Origin: Xylella taiwanensis
GTDB taxonomy: Bacteria > Pseudomonadota > Gammaproteobacteria > Xanthomonadales > Xanthomonadaceae
NCBI RefSeq assembly: GCF_013177435.1
Contig: NZ_CP053627.1
Coordinates: 510,001-542,000 of the forward strand
Length of the DNA: 32,000 nucleotides
Direction of reading: 5' to 3'
Each line of letters opens with the position of its first letter. Position 1 is the first letter of the stretch. Of the stretch, positions 10,402 to 20,818 are shown piece by piece. The position numbers were made by a program, and so were the translations under genes. A model generated the notes under the pieces. It was not told the origin of the DNA, searched no databases, and saw nothing but the letters and a program-made list of their open reading frames with translations.

Positions 10402-11196
10402 TCATCGTAGTAGCGGCCTTTCCGCTGTCTCGATGAATTGGAGTAATTCCTGTATGTCGTCGTTGTCTTTCGCTTGTTCAGCCAGTTGCTGTTTTGCTTC
10501 AGCCAGCGGTAGGCCTGCCACATACAAGGTGCGATAGGCGTGCTTGATTGCGGTGATGCGTTCGGGAGTGAAGCTGCGTCGTTTCAATCCTTCGCTGTTG
10601 ATGCCCCGTGGACGACCGAGTGCATCGCTACCAACCATGGTGAATGGTGGTACGTCGCCGTTAATCAGCGCTCCCATACCGACGAAGGCGTGTGTTCCAA
10701 TTCGGCAAAATTGGTGTACACCACTGAAGCCACTGAAGATCACCCAGTCACCGACTGTGACGTGCCCAGCCAGTGTAGCGTTGTTGGAAAATACACAGTG
10801 GTGACCGACATGGCAGTCGTGAGCGATATGGGTGTAGGCCAGTATCCAGTTGTCGTTGCCAATTGACGTCACGCCACCACCACCGCCAGTGCCACGGTTG
10901 ATGGTGACAAATTCGCGGATCGTGTTGTTATCGCCAATCACCAGCTCTGTGTGCTCACCGGCGAACTTTTTGTCCTGTGGCTCGCCGCCGATTGCGGCTT
11001 GACCGATGAAACGGTTATTACGGCCGATTTTGGTTGGACCGTGGATACTGCAGTGTGATCCGACCACAGTGCCTGTGTCGATTTGCACGTCGTTGCCGAT
11101 CAAGGTAAAGGCACCGATTTGTACGTCGGCGGCTAACGCGGCCGATGGGGAGATCACTGCGGTTGGGTGTATCAAGGGCGCATGCTGGCTCATCAC
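10402..11196 (-). CDS. lpxA: UDP-N-acetylglucosamine O-acyltransferase
   Basis: The 264-aa left-handed beta-helix hexapeptide-repeat protein begins ..[27 protein letters not shown] and has a C-terminal helical domain. Its position in fabZ-lpxA-lpxB is conserved. Confidence 0.95.
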   Translation of the reverse strand: MMSQHAPLIHPTAVISPSAALAADVQIGAFTLIGNDVQIDTGTVVGSHCSIHGPTKIGRNNRFIGQAAIGGEPQDKKFAGEHTELVIGDNNTIREFVTINRGTGGGGGVTSIGNDNWILAYTHIAHDCHVGHHCVFSNNATLAGHVTVGDWVIFSGFSGVHQFCRIGTHAFVGMGALINGDVPPFTMVGSDALGRPRGINSEGLKRRSFTPERITAIKHAYRTLYVAGLPLAEAKQQLAEQAKDNDDIQELLQFIETAERPLLR

Positions 11197-11214
11197 TGCT
11201 TCTGTACCGGGCGC

Positions 11215-11697
11215 TTAAGACTTGACGCCGGCACACATGATATCAGCACATGCCACGACTCCGCCGTTGACCCGCGCCTCACCATAGTAGCAGCCCATGT
11301 TACGGATCCGGCGTTTCATCGTCATATCCAGGATCAGTATGTCGCCGGGCACCACTTGTTTGTTGAAGCGAGCATTGTCGACTTTCACCATATAAAACAA
11401 CAGACTGGAATGGGCGTTATGGCTAAGCTTAAGTTGCGTCATCACGCCGCCGGCTTGCGCAAGTGCTTCAATGATCAAAACACCAGGCATTACTGGATGT
11501 TCAGGAAAATGGCCCTGGAAGAATGGTTCGTTGATGGACACATTTTTCTGAGCAACGATGTGCTCTCGTTTCTGGTCTAGTTCCAATATTCGGTCAACCA
11601 ATAGAAACGGGTAGCGGTGTGGTAGCAGCGCTTGGATTTTAATGATATCGATTGGTAATTCCAGACAAGTGTGAGCGGCAGTGGGTGAATCGCTCAT
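11215..11697 (-). CDS. fabZ: 3-hydroxyacyl-ACP dehydratase
   Basis: The 160-aa ORF has [38 protein letters not shown]. Its start overlaps the lpxD stop in an ATGA arrangement (11694-11697). Confidence 0.95.
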   Translation of the reverse strand: MSDSPTAAHTCLELPIDIIKIQALLPHRYPFLLVDRILELDQKREHIVAQKNVSINEPFFQGHFPEHPVMPGVLIIEALAQAGGVMTQLKLSHNAHSSLLFYMVKVDNARFNKQVVPGDILILDMTMKRRIRNMGCYYGEARVNGGVVACADIMCAGVKS

Positions 11698-12710
11698 GCT
11701 TTCTCCTTACGGACGGTCATCATGCGACGCACCAGCATATCCAGCTGTTTAAACCGTACAGCGTTTTTGCGCCAAGTACTATTGTCGGTTAATGGAGTAC
11801 CCGATGAGTACTCACCTGGTGTGTGAATTGAGTTGCGTACAACCGACTTGCCGGTGATCACGACTTTGTCACAGATCTCGAGGTGACCGACTACGCCAAC
11901 GTGGCCACCAAGCAGACAGTAGCGCCCAATTTTGGCGCTACCAGCGATGCCTGTACAGCCGGCGATCGCGGTATGTGCTCCGATCCAGCAGTTGTGTGCG
12001 ATTTGCACCAAATTGTCGATATGCACATCCTCTTCCAATACAGTGTCGCCAAGCGCACCACGGTCGATGCAGCTGTTGGCACCGATCTCGCAATCATCGC
12101 CGATCACAACGCCACCTAACTGCGGTATTTTGATCCAGTGTCCGGTTTCCATTGCCAGACCAAAGCCGTCGCCACCCAGCACCACGCCAGGGTGGACGCG
12201 TACCCGTTTGCCCAGGCGCACTCGGATGACCAAGGTGACACGTGCAACCAGCTCGCTGCCGTCATCGATGGTGCAATCATCGCCGATGATACTCCCGGTA
12301 CCGATGATGCAACCCTCACCGATGACGCTGCGTGCACCGATGCTGACAAATGCGCCGACATGCGCTGTAGGTGCGACACGTGCGCTTGGATCGACTGTTG
12401 CCAGAGGATGGATACCCGCTTCACGTGCTGGTGTTATGTCGAATAGTGCGGCGATCTTGGCGAAAGTGACGTAGGGGTCTTTAGCGATCAGTACTGTACC
12501 GGACGCTGCTTTGACATCGTCGGCATGAAGTACAATGACGCCCGCACGACTATCGATGAGCTGTGTGCGGTAGCGCGGATTAGCAAGGAAGCTGAGTTGC
12601 TTTGGACTCGCTTGTGCGAGTGTGGCGACTCCGTGGATATGGATGTTCCCGTCACCGAACAGTTGCAGATCAAAGCGTTCGGCGAGCTCTTGAGCGGTAA
12701 GGATTGGCAT
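11694..12710 (-). CDS. lpxD: UDP-3-O-acylglucosamine N-acyltransferase
   Basis: MPILTAQELAERFDLQLFGDGNIHIHGVATLAQA... is followed by long hexapeptide repeats, as in LpxD. The start is taken at the ATG at 12710. The ORF is open to 12758, so the start is uncertain by 16 codons. Confidence 0.93.
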   Translation of the reverse strand: MPILTAQELAERFDLQLFGDGNIHIHGVATLAQASPKQLSFLANPRYRTQLIDSRAGVIVLHADDVKAASGTVLIAKDPYVTFAKIAALFDITPAREAGIHPLATVDPSARVAPTAHVGAFVSIGARSVIGEGCIIGTGSIIGDDCTIDDGSELVARVTLVIRVRLGKRVRVHPGVVLGGDGFGLAMETGHWIKIPQLGGVVIGDDCEIGANSCIDRGALGDTVLEEDVHIDNLVQIAHNCWIGAHTAIAGCTGIAGSAKIGRYCLLGGHVGVVGHLEICDKVVITGKSVVRNSIHTPGEYSSGTPLTDNSTWRKNAVRFKQLDMLVRRMMTVRKEKA

Positions 12711-12908
12711 ATTCACGCTGAAAAGTTTAATCTCTGGTGCCTGTCCGAAGAAAATCATTCATGGGACAGTGAATCAGACGGAACGCTGGCCACCCACACG
12801 GTTTGGGTCACGGTAGTGCTTGGGGCGCCAAATCCTGTGTTTTAAAGCGGATGTATACTCTGCCGGAGGTATTAAGAGTTACAAGGAGGTCCCCGGCTCC
12901 TTCGACAG

Positions 12909-15263
12909 TTAGAATTGACCGCCGAAGGTGAACTGCAGCCGCTCGATTTCGTCGTTGTTTTCCTTCTTTATCGGGAATGCATAGCTGATTGAGATAGGGC
13001 CAATCGGCGCGCGCCATAGTAGTGCTACGCCGCTGGAGGCACGCAATTCGTTTGCCTTAAAAGTATTCACGCCATTGAAGACATTGCCGACGTCAAGGAA
13101 AGCTGAGATGCGTGCCGATGGGCTGTCGAACAGCTTTGGGAAGTACATTTCAGTCGATCCAACGGTCTTGAAGGCACCGCCCAGTGGCTGGCCTTGAGTG
13201 TACAGTGCGGTGACCTCTGAACGTGGTCCTAGTGTGTTATCTCTGAACCCCCGTACCGAGTTGGTGCCGCCGGCGTAGAAGTTTTCGAAGAAAGGTAAGC
13301 CAGAAGCAGTGACCAGATTCCCGTTGGGTAGGGTACGAGTGTGAGCCTTTCCGTAGGCGTCTCCGTAGCCTACGTCAAAGCGTGTGTTGAGTACCAATGC
13401 TGGGATAAGTGGCCAGTATTTAGAGATCTGGTAATTGATTTTGTAGTACTTAACAGTTGAGCCGGGTAGCGTCACTTCTGCACCGATACGCTGATACATA
13501 CCGAGGTTCGGCATGAAATAGTCGTTGCGAGTGTCGCGTGCCCAGCCAAGCTCGGTGCGCCAAGCACGGAAGGTACGCTGCCCGACCGCGTTTATGTAGT
13601 CAATAATCGCTTGTGGTGTGGAACCTGGGAAGGTGGTGATTTGGTTGCTGTCTGCGCCTAATACCCAAGAGACAGTGTCGTTTTCGGTGATGGGAATACC
13701 GAAGATGGTTTGCCCTGACATGCGCTTGCTGTTGTATTGCGCAGCGTTGAAGTCTGAGTAGTCCAATTTTTGGTAGGCCAAGTTATAGCCCAGTGAGACA
13801 CCATTGTCGGTGAAAAACGGATTGGTATAGGAGAACGAATAGCGATCTTGATACCTGCTGCGTGAAGCATCCATGGACACACGGTTGCCGCTACCGAGGA
13901 AATTGTTTTGCGACAACTGTAATGAAGTGGTTACACCGTACGTTTTCGAGTAGCCCAGGCCGACCTGAAAGCTGCCCGAGGTGGTTTCTTTGACGGTATA
14001 GACTACGTCGACTTGGTCGTTGCTTCCTGGAACTGGTGTGTTCTCCACGTCCACGGCCTCGAAGTAGCCCAGGCGTTGTAGGCGAATCTTGGAGCGGTCG
14101 ATCGCCGCTTGCGAGTACCAACTGTTTTCGAACTGGCGCATCTCGCGGCGCAGCACTTCATCGGAGGTACGGGTGTTACCTTTGAACAGGATCTGACGCA
14201 CAGTCACGCGAGGTCCGGGGATAACGTGCAAGTTGACTGCAACGGTACGGTCAGCGCGGTTGGGTGTTGGAATTGGGTTGACCCTGGAAAATGCGTAGCC
14301 GATATTGCTCAGGGTGTTAATGATTGCTGCCGAGCTGTATTCCAGAAGCACACGCGAAAAAACATCACCTGGTTTGGGAATGACCAGCTTTTCGATTTTT
14401 TCCTGAGGTAATATGGTGTCGCCAGTAACTTTAATGGAGGAGATCTTGTATTGGTCGCCTTCTGTTACACCAGCAGTAATGAACATGTCGTGCTTTTCGG
14501 GGCTGATCGACACTTGCGTGGAGTCAATACTGAAATCGACGTAGCCACGGTCCAAGTACCAGGAGTTCAGCTTCTCAAGGTCTCCAGACAGCTTTTCTTT
14601 AGAGTACTGATCGTCGCGACGGTACCACGAAGCCCAGTTGTGTTCCTTGGATTCCCAGGTCTTCATGACATCTTTGTTATTGAATTTTTCAGTGCCGATC
14701 AGATTGATGTGGCGAATCTTGGCAGCCTTGCCTTCTTTAATTGCGATCGTGACATCGACACGGTTACGATCCAACGGGGTGGTGGTTGCTGTCATCTGAA
14801 CGTTGTATTTGCCGCGGTTGTTGTACTGGCGTTTCAGCTCTTGGGTGACACGGTCCAAGCTGAGCCGGTCGAAGGTGCCTCCTTCGCTCAGCCCGATTTC
14901 GGACAGGCCTTTGAGCAATTCTTCGGATTTGATGTCCTTATTTCCCGTGATGGTCAGCTTGTTGATTGCTGGGCGTTCTTTGACTTTAACCACCAGAATA
15001 TTACCTTGGCGGTCTATCCGAACATTTTCGAAAAAACCGGTGCGATACAGTGCGCGGATTGCCTCGGCAACCTTGGCATCATCCACGGTGTCGCCACGGT
15101 TAACCGGCAGGTAGGTGAAGACGGTACCCGATGCGATACGCTGCAGACCGTCCACGCGGATGTCGTTGGCAACAAAGGATTCAGTGGCTTGTGCCAATAC
15201 AGGTAAGCTGAAATTGGCAGCAATGGTAAGGGTAAGCAAATGGCGAGCGGGAAATCGTGTCAT
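12909..15263 (-). CDS. bamA: Outer membrane protein assembly factor BamA
   Basis: It has a signal peptide (MTRFPARHLLTLTIAANFSLPVLAQA), POTRA-type repeats (IRVDGLQRI..., VKVKERP...) and a C-terminal barrel ending ...LQFTFGGQF. The start is taken at the ATG at 15263 rather than the ORF maximum at 15338. Confidence 0.95.
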   Translation of the reverse strand: MTRFPARHLLTLTIAANFSLPVLAQATESFVANDIRVDGLQRIASGTVFTYLPVNRGDTVDDAKVAEAIRALYRTGFFENVRIDRQGNILVVKVKERPAINKLTITGNKDIKSEELLKGLSEIGLSEGGTFDRLSLDRVTQELKRQYNNRGKYNVQMTATTTPLDRNRVDVTIAIKEGKAAKIRHINLIGTEKFNNKDVMKTWESKEHNWASWYRRDDQYSKEKLSGDLEKLNSWYLDRGYVDFSIDSTQVSISPEKHDMFITAGVTEGDQYKISSIKVTGDTILPQEKIEKLVIPKPGDVFSRVLLEYSSAAIINTLSNIGYAFSRVNPIPTPNRADRTVAVNLHVIPGPRVTVRQILFKGNTRTSDEVLRREMRQFENSWYSQAAIDRSKIRLQRLGYFEAVDVENTPVPGSNDQVDVVYTVKETTSGSFQVGLGYSKTYGVTTSLQLSQNNFLGSGNRVSMDASRSRYQDRYSFSYTNPFFTDNGVSLGYNLAYQKLDYSDFNAAQYNSKRMSGQTIFGIPITENDTVSWVLGADSNQITTFPGSTPQAIIDYINAVGQRTFRAWRTELGWARDTRNDYFMPNLGMYQRIGAEVTLPGSTVKYYKINYQISKYWPLIPALVLNTRFDVGYGDAYGKAHTRTLPNGNLVTASGLPFFENFYAGGTNSVRGFRDNTLGPRSEVTALYTQGQPLGGAFKTVGSTEMYFPKLFDSPSARISAFLDVGNVFNGVNTFKANELRASSGVALLWRAPIGPISISYAFPIKKENNDEIERLQFTFGGQF

Positions 15264-15357
15264 GTCACATCCGATTTGGTGTCGATAACTTGGGTTACAG
15301 GGTGCCGGCGCATGACGACGACAGTTTCGGTTAAGCACAGCCTCACATTGCGGTTCC

Positions 15358-16692
15358 TCAGCCGAGCAGATCGTTGTAGAAGGCCAGCCCCATCAATCCT
15401 GTTAGTAGCGCTAAACCGATGTATTGGCCTGCGGCCATTGCACGTGTACTGAGTGGGCTGCCTTTGAGCAATTCGATAGCGTAATACAGCAGATGCCCCC
15501 CATCCAATATTGGGATTGGAAACAGATTGATGATCGCCAAGCTGAGTGATAGCAACGACAGAAAATAAATAAACCAACCCACTCCCCGTTTGGCCGAGGC
15601 GTTGGCGATTCTGGCGATGCTGATTGGACCAGAGATATTTTTCGCAGAGGCTTGTCCAGTGATGATCCGCTTCATCATTCCGAATGAATCAGTTGTCATC
15701 TGAACGGTCTCGCGGATTGCCAGTGGCACAGCCGCAAGTACGCCGTAGCGTTGTTGACTGTCGAAAGCTGGTACCGGTCCTGGACTAATCTTGACACCGA
15801 GTAACCAGATGCCTTGCGCTGATTTACGTGGCCTTAGCTCTAGCGCCAAGCGTTCTTCACCACGCTGGATCTCTATCATTCCCGAGTGCCCGTCGTGGCC
15901 GAGTTTTTGAATTTGGTTGTATAGGTCTTCGGTAGAAAGAGTCTGTTGTCCATCCACTGCCAGTACGGTATCCCCGGGTTTCAGGGTTCCTTCGGCGATC
16001 GAACCCGGCTCGACCTTTGCGATGATTGGTGGCTGCAACATGAATTGCCAGTTTAGGCCAGCCAGTGTCGTCACGCGCCGCTCATCGAAATGCTGCTTCA
16101 GCTTTGATAATTCCAGGACGTGCTCACTGTGCTTGCCGTACAGGTCGATAACGCGCAAAACCGTGTCTTGCTTGTCCAGCGCTGCGGTGGTCAGTAACAT
16201 GCTTGCTTCGGTCCAGCTGGTGACCTGACGACCATCGACTGCGGTGATGCGATCTCCGGGGTGGAGCCCGGCTTGTGCAGCAAGATGCTCGACGCGGCCC
16301 ACGGTTGCCGAATAGTCTTCCTTACCGATCACGAACAGTGCCCATAGCAGCAGCATGCATAGCAATAGGTTGGCGAGCGGTCCGGCGGCGACGATCGCGA
16401 TGCGCTGCCACACCGATTTGCGGTTGAATGCTTGGTTACGCTCAGCCACTGTGACATCAGCCTCGCGTTCATCCAGCATCTTCACGTATCCACCCAGTGG
16501 GATTGCACCAATCACGAATTCGGTACCCGCGCTATTGCGGCGTGACCAAAGTGGTGTGCCGAAGCCAACTGAAAAGCGCAGAACTTTTACACCACAGCGG
16601 CGTGCCACCCAGTAATGACCGAATTCGTGGAACGTTACCAGTACACCGAGACTGACAATCATCCACCAGACAGATCCTAAAAAATCACCCAT
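15358..16692 (-). CDS. rseP: Site-2 (RIP) zinc metalloprotease RseP
   Basis: The 444-aa ORF has the HEFGH zinc motif at the N-terminus, central PDZ-like regions and the C-terminal membrane segment NLFPIPILDGG. Its position between dxr and bamA is conserved. Confidence 0.95.
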   Translation of the reverse strand: MGDFLGSVWWMIVSLGVLVTFHEFGHYWVARRCGVKVLRFSVGFGTPLWSRRNSAGTEFVIGAIPLGGYVKMLDEREADVTVAERNQAFNRKSVWQRIAIVAAGPLANLLLCMLLLWALFVIGKEDYSATVGRVEHLAAQAGLHPGDRITAVDGRQVTSWTEASMLLTTAALDKQDTVLRVIDLYGKHSEHVLELSKLKQHFDERRVTTLAGLNWQFMLQPPIIAKVEPGSIAEGTLKPGDTVLAVDGQQTLSTEDLYNQIQKLGHDGHSGMIEIQRGEERLALELRPRKSAQGIWLLGVKISPGPVPAFDSQQRYGVLAAVPLAIRETVQMTTDSFGMMKRIITGQASAKNISGPISIARIANASAKRGVGWFIYFLSLLSLSLAIINLFPIPILDGGHLLYYAIELLKGSPLSTRAMAAGQYIGLALLTGLMGLAFYNDLLG

Positions 16693-16722
16693 AAGATTTT
16701 ATATTGATACTTGCGTATAGAG

Positions 16723-17907
16723 TTAGACGGGGAGGGGGTGCTGGGCGAGTGCTGCGTGTGTAATACGACGGGTTTCTGTGTCTACGGTCAGCAGGGTCTC
16801 CAAGGTGTCGGCATCGTGACGAGGAAGTGTGGCCAGCGCATGTTCGATCAGTACTGGAATCGTTAGGAAACCGATGCGCCCCTGAAGAAATGCTGAAACA
16901 GCGACTTCATTAGCAGCGTTTAGCACCGCTGGGGCTGTGCCACCAGTGCGCATGGCGTCCCGTGCCAGACGCAGGCATGGAAATGTTTCTGTGTCCGGGG
17001 GCTCAAAGTCCAACCTGTTGTGGGTCAGCAAGTCCAAACCCGGCACTCCGGAATCGATTCGCTCTGGCCAGGAGAGGCCGACGGCGAGAGTGGTACGCAT
17101 GTCTGGCAGGCTTAACTGAGCAAGCGTTGAACCATCGACAAACTCCACCAGAGAGTGCACTAAACTCTGTGGATGCACTAGCACTTCGATATGTTCGATA
17201 GGTAGCCCGAACAGATGGTGAGCTTCGATCACTTCCAAGCCTTTGTTCATCAGTGTAGCTGAGTCTACCGATATCTTTGGTCCCATCGACCACTTTGGGT
17301 GTGCCATTGCTTGGGTGGGAGTGATATTGGCCAGCATAGTGCGGTTGTGGCCGCGGAATGGACCACCAGAAGCGGTCAAGGACACACGACGCACACCATC
17401 TGTAGTACGTGAACGCAGGCATTGAAAAATTGCGTTGTGTTCGCTGTCGATCGGTATGATCTCCGCACCACTGATGCTGGCCTCACGCATCAGCAGCATT
17501 CCGGCCAGGACCAGCGATTCTTTGTTGGCTAGCAACAGGCGTTTGCCGGCGCGTGCTGCAGCCAGCGTTGAAGAAAGACCAGCTGCTCCAACGATTCCTG
17601 CAACCACGGTATCGCAAGCGGCGCTGGAGACCAGTTCTGCTAATGCTGCTTCCCCAGCGTGCGCTTTGGTGGTTAAACCGGCGGTATTCAGACCCTCGCG
17701 CAGAGTGGGGTAGAGCGTTAAATCCCCAATCACCGCGTGGTCCGGACGATGTGTGCGGCACAGTGTCAACAGTGTATCGACGCGGCGGCCAGCAGCCAGC
17801 AGGCTTGCGTGCAACCGCCTGGGGTGGCGTGTGATCACATCTAGTGCTGCGCCCCCAATCGAGCCCGTGGCGCCGAGCACGGCGACGTTGTGGATTGCTT
17901 TAGTCAT
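16723..17907 (-). CDS. dxr: 1-deoxy-D-xylulose 5-phosphate reductoisomerase
   Basis: The 394-aa ORF has [17 protein letters not shown] (NADPH binding), [20 protein letters not shown] and [27 protein letters not shown]. Confidence 0.96.
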   Translation of the reverse strand: MTKAIHNVAVLGATGSIGGAALDVITRHPRRLHASLLAAGRRVDTLLTLCRTHRPDHAVIGDLTLYPTLREGLNTAGLTTKAHAGEAALAELVSSAACDTVVAGIVGAAGLSSTLAAARAGKRLLLANKESLVLAGMLLMREASISGAEIIPIDSEHNAIFQCLRSRTTDGVRRVSLTASGGPFRGHNRTMLANITPTQAMAHPKWSMGPKISVDSATLMNKGLEVIEAHHLFGLPIEHIEVLVHPQSLVHSLVEFVDGSTLAQLSLPDMRTTLAVGLSWPERIDSGVPGLDLLTHNRLDFEPPDTETFPCLRLARDAMRTGGTAPAVLNAANEVAVSAFLQGRIGFLTIPVLIEHALATLPRHDADTLETLLTVDTETRRITHAALAQHPLPV

Positions 17908-17909
17908 GC

Positions 17910-18764
17910 TCAGAAACCGAAGATGTCCTTCCCCAGTGCGAACACCGGAAGTGCGGCGAGCGTGCTGTCGATCCGGTCTAGAACACCGCCGTGGCCTGGG
18001 ATCATGCTCCCAGAGTCTTTGACGCTGGCGTGGCGCTTAAGCAGGCTTTCGAACAAATCCCCGATGACCGAAGCCAGGATCGCCACGAATGCAACTAGCA
18101 ATAATGCCGGGAGTTGGACGAAGGTTACGCCATTCAATAGGCCAAAACCAACCGCTGTTACCAAGCCGGTGAATATGCCGCCAAGGAGGCCTTCCACGGT
18201 TTTGTTGGGACTGATCCTTGGTGCCAGTTTGTGCTTACCGAAGAGTCGTCCAGCAAAATAGGCACCTGAATCGGTGGCCCATACCATTGCCTGAGCAGTC
18301 AGCAGCCACAAGTGGGCATGCATGCTTTCTGGAAATGCTGAGCCAGGTTTATTGCCTGAGTGCAGTAGGACCAAAGCAGACCAAGCTGGAATGACCGCTA
18401 ACGTGCCCGCAGTGAGCTTCAGCATTTTTGAGCCGGGTTGGTCAGGATCAGTGCAGAATCCGAAGAATCGCAGCCATAACAAAGCCAGCATCCACCAGCC
18501 GACACCAGCCAGCGTGGCGATTTGGAACAGTACCAGTGAGTTAGCTGAAGACCAGACCAATAGCACCATTAAGAGCAGGTTCAGTGCCAGCAGTGCGGTG
18601 CGTACCAAGGTATCCTCTACCCAGGACAATTTCATCCATTCCCATAGGCCCCACAGGAACACGATTGCTGCTAATGATGCCAGCCAAGCAGTCGGTAAAA
18701 GTAGGATCGAGCAGATTGCGACAGATGCCATGATCAGTGCGGCAATGGCACGGATTCGGTTCAT
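17910..18764 (-). CDS. cdsA: Phosphatidate cytidylyltransferase (CDP-diglyceride synthase)
   Basis: This polytopic membrane protein has the C-terminal CdsA signature [28 protein letters not shown]. The start is taken at the ATG at 18764, which overlaps the uppS stop (ATGA). The track ORF reaching 18926 runs through uppS in another frame. Confidence 0.92.
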   Translation of the reverse strand: MNRIRAIAALIMASVAICSILLLPTAWLASLAAIVFLWGLWEWMKLSWVEDTLVRTALLALNLLLMVLLVWSSANSLVLFQIATLAGVGWWMLALLWLRFFGFCTDPDQPGSKMLKLTAGTLAVIPAWSALVLLHSGNKPGSAFPESMHAHLWLLTAQAMVWATDSGAYFAGRLFGKHKLAPRISPNKTVEGLLGGIFTGLVTAVGFGLLNGVTFVQLPALLLVAFVAILASVIGDLFESLLKRHASVKDSGSMIPGHGGVLDRIDSTLAALPVFALGKDIFGF

Positions 18765-19528
18765 GCGGACGTTGTCTCTTGTACCCGCTTGGCAATTTGT
18801 GCATTCGTTAGACCGAAGCGACGTTCGCGACTGGCGTAGTCGTCCAGAGCTTGTTGCAACACTGTGGAGTCGAATTCTGGCCACATCACGTCGGTGAACC
18901 ACAGCTCGGTGTAGGCGAGCTGCCACAGCAAGAAGTTACTGATGCGAATCACCCCACTGGTGCGGATGAACAGGTCGGGCGGTGGCAGATCAGCCAGTGC
19001 CATGCGTTGTCCAAGCACATCCTCGTCGATTTGCTCTGGTTTCAACTGTCCGGCAGCCACGTCCTGGGCAAGTGCGCGTGCAGCCATAGCAATGTCCTGC
19101 CGGCCACCGTAGCTGGCAGCGAGTGACAGTATCAAGCGTTGGTTGCCAGCTGTCAGGTGTTCAGCCTTGGTCATATGTTCGACGATCGCTATGTCGAAGC
19201 GCGTGCGCTCGCCTATAAAGCGTACTTGTACACCGCGTCGGTGCAGTTCTTCGATCCCGCGGTCAAATAATTTGATGGACATTTCCATCAAAAAGTTGAC
19301 TTCCTCGGGTGGACGGTTCCAGTTTTCGCTGGAGAATGCGAACAATGTCAACATCCCGATCCCTTTGTCCAGGCAGAAATCGACGGTGCGCAGGGCTGCC
19401 CGTACACCAGCGCGATGGCCGATTGTGCGTGGCCGGGACCGGCGTTCTGCCCAGCGGCCATTACCATCCATGATGATGGCTATGTGGCGGGGAAGTTTGG
19501 GATTCATAGGCATGGTGTTGATCTGCAT
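18761..19528 (-). CDS. uppS: Undecaprenyl (ditrans,polycis) diphosphate synthase
   Basis: The 255-aa ORF has HIAIIMDGNGRWA, LTLFAFSSENWNRP, and RTSGVIRISNFLLWQLAYTELWF. It starts 2 nt after the frr stop. Confidence 0.95.
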   Translation of the reverse strand: MQINTMPMNPKLPRHIAIIMDGNGRWAERRSRPRTIGHRAGVRAALRTVDFCLDKGIGMLTLFAFSSENWNRPPEEVNFLMEMSIKLFDRGIEELHRRGVQVRFIGERTRFDIAIVEHMTKAEHLTAGNQRLILSLAASYGGRQDIAMAARALAQDVAAGQLKPEQIDEDVLGQRMALADLPPPDLFIRTSGVIRISNFLLWQLAYTELWFTDVMWPEFDSTVLQQALDDYASRERRFGLTNAQIAKRVQETTSA

Positions 19529-19530
19529 GT

Positions 19531-20088
19531 TCAGACTGTCATCAATTCCTGTTCTTTGGACTTGACTACTTCATCCACATTTTTGATTGCTTTATCGGTC
19601 AGCTTCTGGATGTCCTCTTCACTGTGGCGTACCTCGTCCTCAGTGATTTGCTTGTTCTTCAGCATATCCTTAATTTGCTGGTTGGCGTCGCGGCGGATGT
19701 TGCGGATTGCGACTTTGGTGTCCTCTCCATCGTTGTGTACGACTTTTGTGAGTTCTTTGCGGCGTTCCTCGGTGAGTGGTGGCAGGTTGAGGCGGATTAA
19801 TGTGCCGACGACGGTTGGCGTCAGGCCGAGGTCGGAAGCATAAATGGCTTTCTCGACTTCCTTCGACATGTTCTTGTCGAACAGCGTGATGACCAATGAG
19901 CGCCCTTCTGAGACACTGATGCTGGCGATCTGATTCAGTGGTGTATCGGTGCCGTAGGCCTTGATTTTGATGCCATCTAACAGTGACGGTGAAGCCCGGC
20001 CAGTACGGAGAGATGCCAGGGAGTTGCGCAGAGTGTCGATGCTCTTTGTCATGCGATCCTGAGCGTCGTGTTTGATTTGGTTGAGCAT
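19531..20088 (-). CDS. frr: Ribosome recycling factor
   Basis: The 185-aa ORF has LRTGRASPSLLDGIKI.AYG, PLTEERRKELTKVV and a typical Frr C-terminal coiled region. Confidence 0.97.
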   Translation of the reverse strand: MLNQIKHDAQDRMTKSIDTLRNSLASLRTGRASPSLLDGIKIKAYGTDTPLNQIASISVSEGRSLVITLFDKNMSKEVEKAIYASDLGLTPTVVGTLIRLNLPPLTEERRKELTKVVHNDGEDTKVAIRNIRRDANQQIKDMLKNKQITEDEVRHSEEDIQKLTDKAIKNVDEVVKSKEQELMTV

Positions 20089-20298
20089 CGCCTAAACGTT
20101 AATGATAAACCGTAGTTGAGCGATTATAGCTGGGACTGGTGCTTAGGGTTGAACCGAGCTGTTTTTCTGGTGAATCTCAAAGCGTTCTGAAAGTAGATGA
20201 AACGATGGCGTTGTAGGTGCCACTCTCGACGCCAGCTGCTCTGATCGAACTTGACTGCCGGACATGCCCCCCTCCCTTACTGCTTGCCTTCAAAACTT

Positions 20299-20758
20299 CA
20301 TCACTCTGCTGCGGCGTTGCTGAAGACAGTTGAAACTGAAATGAAGTGCTGTGTTGCAGTGGTGCGACGAGATGTTCTGTTCGCCCCAGTGGTAGTGAGT
20401 ATTCGAGCGGACAGCAGTTCTCGTCGTGTTGGAGTTGATCGTGCTGGTTATGTAGGGAGTGTGTGCCTCCCCATATGTGTTGTACGCGATGCTCAGTAGC
20501 GTGGGACTGATAGTCCTGTACATGTGCTGATGTGGTACAGCACTGGACATGAACAGCGATGATTATTGAATAGCGCACCTCTTGGTGAACAGCCTCTGTT
20601 GAGGTGACGGCTGCGTATTTCGAAGGGCTGTCGAGTGACGTACTGTCGGTGGAACCCATTGAGATCGTTTTGGGATGCCGCGGTGTGGTCTGTGATGAAT
20701 ACGATGTTGGCTTCAGCCTATGTCACCCCTGGACTATCCCTGGTCCAGGGGTAGAACA
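20299..20758. repeat. Direct repeat R, copy 1 (460 bp, non-coding), 210 nt upstream of frr
   Basis: It is identical base for base to 28619-29078 (offset 8320), checked block by block and against the ORF-track translations. Flanks diverge immediately on both sides. The terminal hairpin is cccctggac (20726-20734) paired with gtccagggg (20743-20751). Confidence 0.95.
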
Positions 20759-20818
20759 TGGATTGCACAGCCAGATCAGGTTCTTTGCCATTAATCGGTT
20801 GGGACTATTAGTTTTTTG

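Noticed and set aside
10326-10523. N-terminal 66-aa extension of the lpxB ORF
   Set aside because: It overlaps the 3' end of lpxA in another frame and reads as low-complexity junk (..[23 protein letters not shown]..). The canonical LpxB N-terminus starts at the ATG at 10325.
11883-12474. Several 60-180-aa ORFs on both strands inside lpxD (for example 11932-12474 on the plus strand)
   Set aside because: Hexapeptide-repeat genes generate long spurious frames. These are Pro/Ser/Thr/Ala-rich and have no start signals. lpxD accounts for the region.
18765-18926. N-terminal 54-aa extension of the cdsA ORF
   Set aside because: It runs through the uppS coding region in another frame. The ATG at 18764 gives a hydrophobic CdsA-like N-terminus and an ATGA overlap with the uppS stop.
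20261-20269. 9-bp inverted match between GACATGCCC left of repeat copy 1 and GGGCATGTC (29079-29087) immediately right of copy 2
   Set aside because: The match is short, its distance to the repeat ends is asymmetric (30 nt versus 0 nt), and it does not extend. It is most likely chance and is not evidence for terminal inverted repeats.
20177-20659. 160-aa ORF (and its 156-aa twin at 28509-28979) covering most of repeat R on the minus strand
   Set aside because: No Shine-Dalgarno precedes the ATG. The sequence is His/Gln/Ser/Thr-rich with no motifs. The two copies acquire unrelated C-termini as soon as the repeat ends. The minus strand of R is C+A-rich, so stop codons (T/G-rich) are depleted and long open frames are expected by chance.
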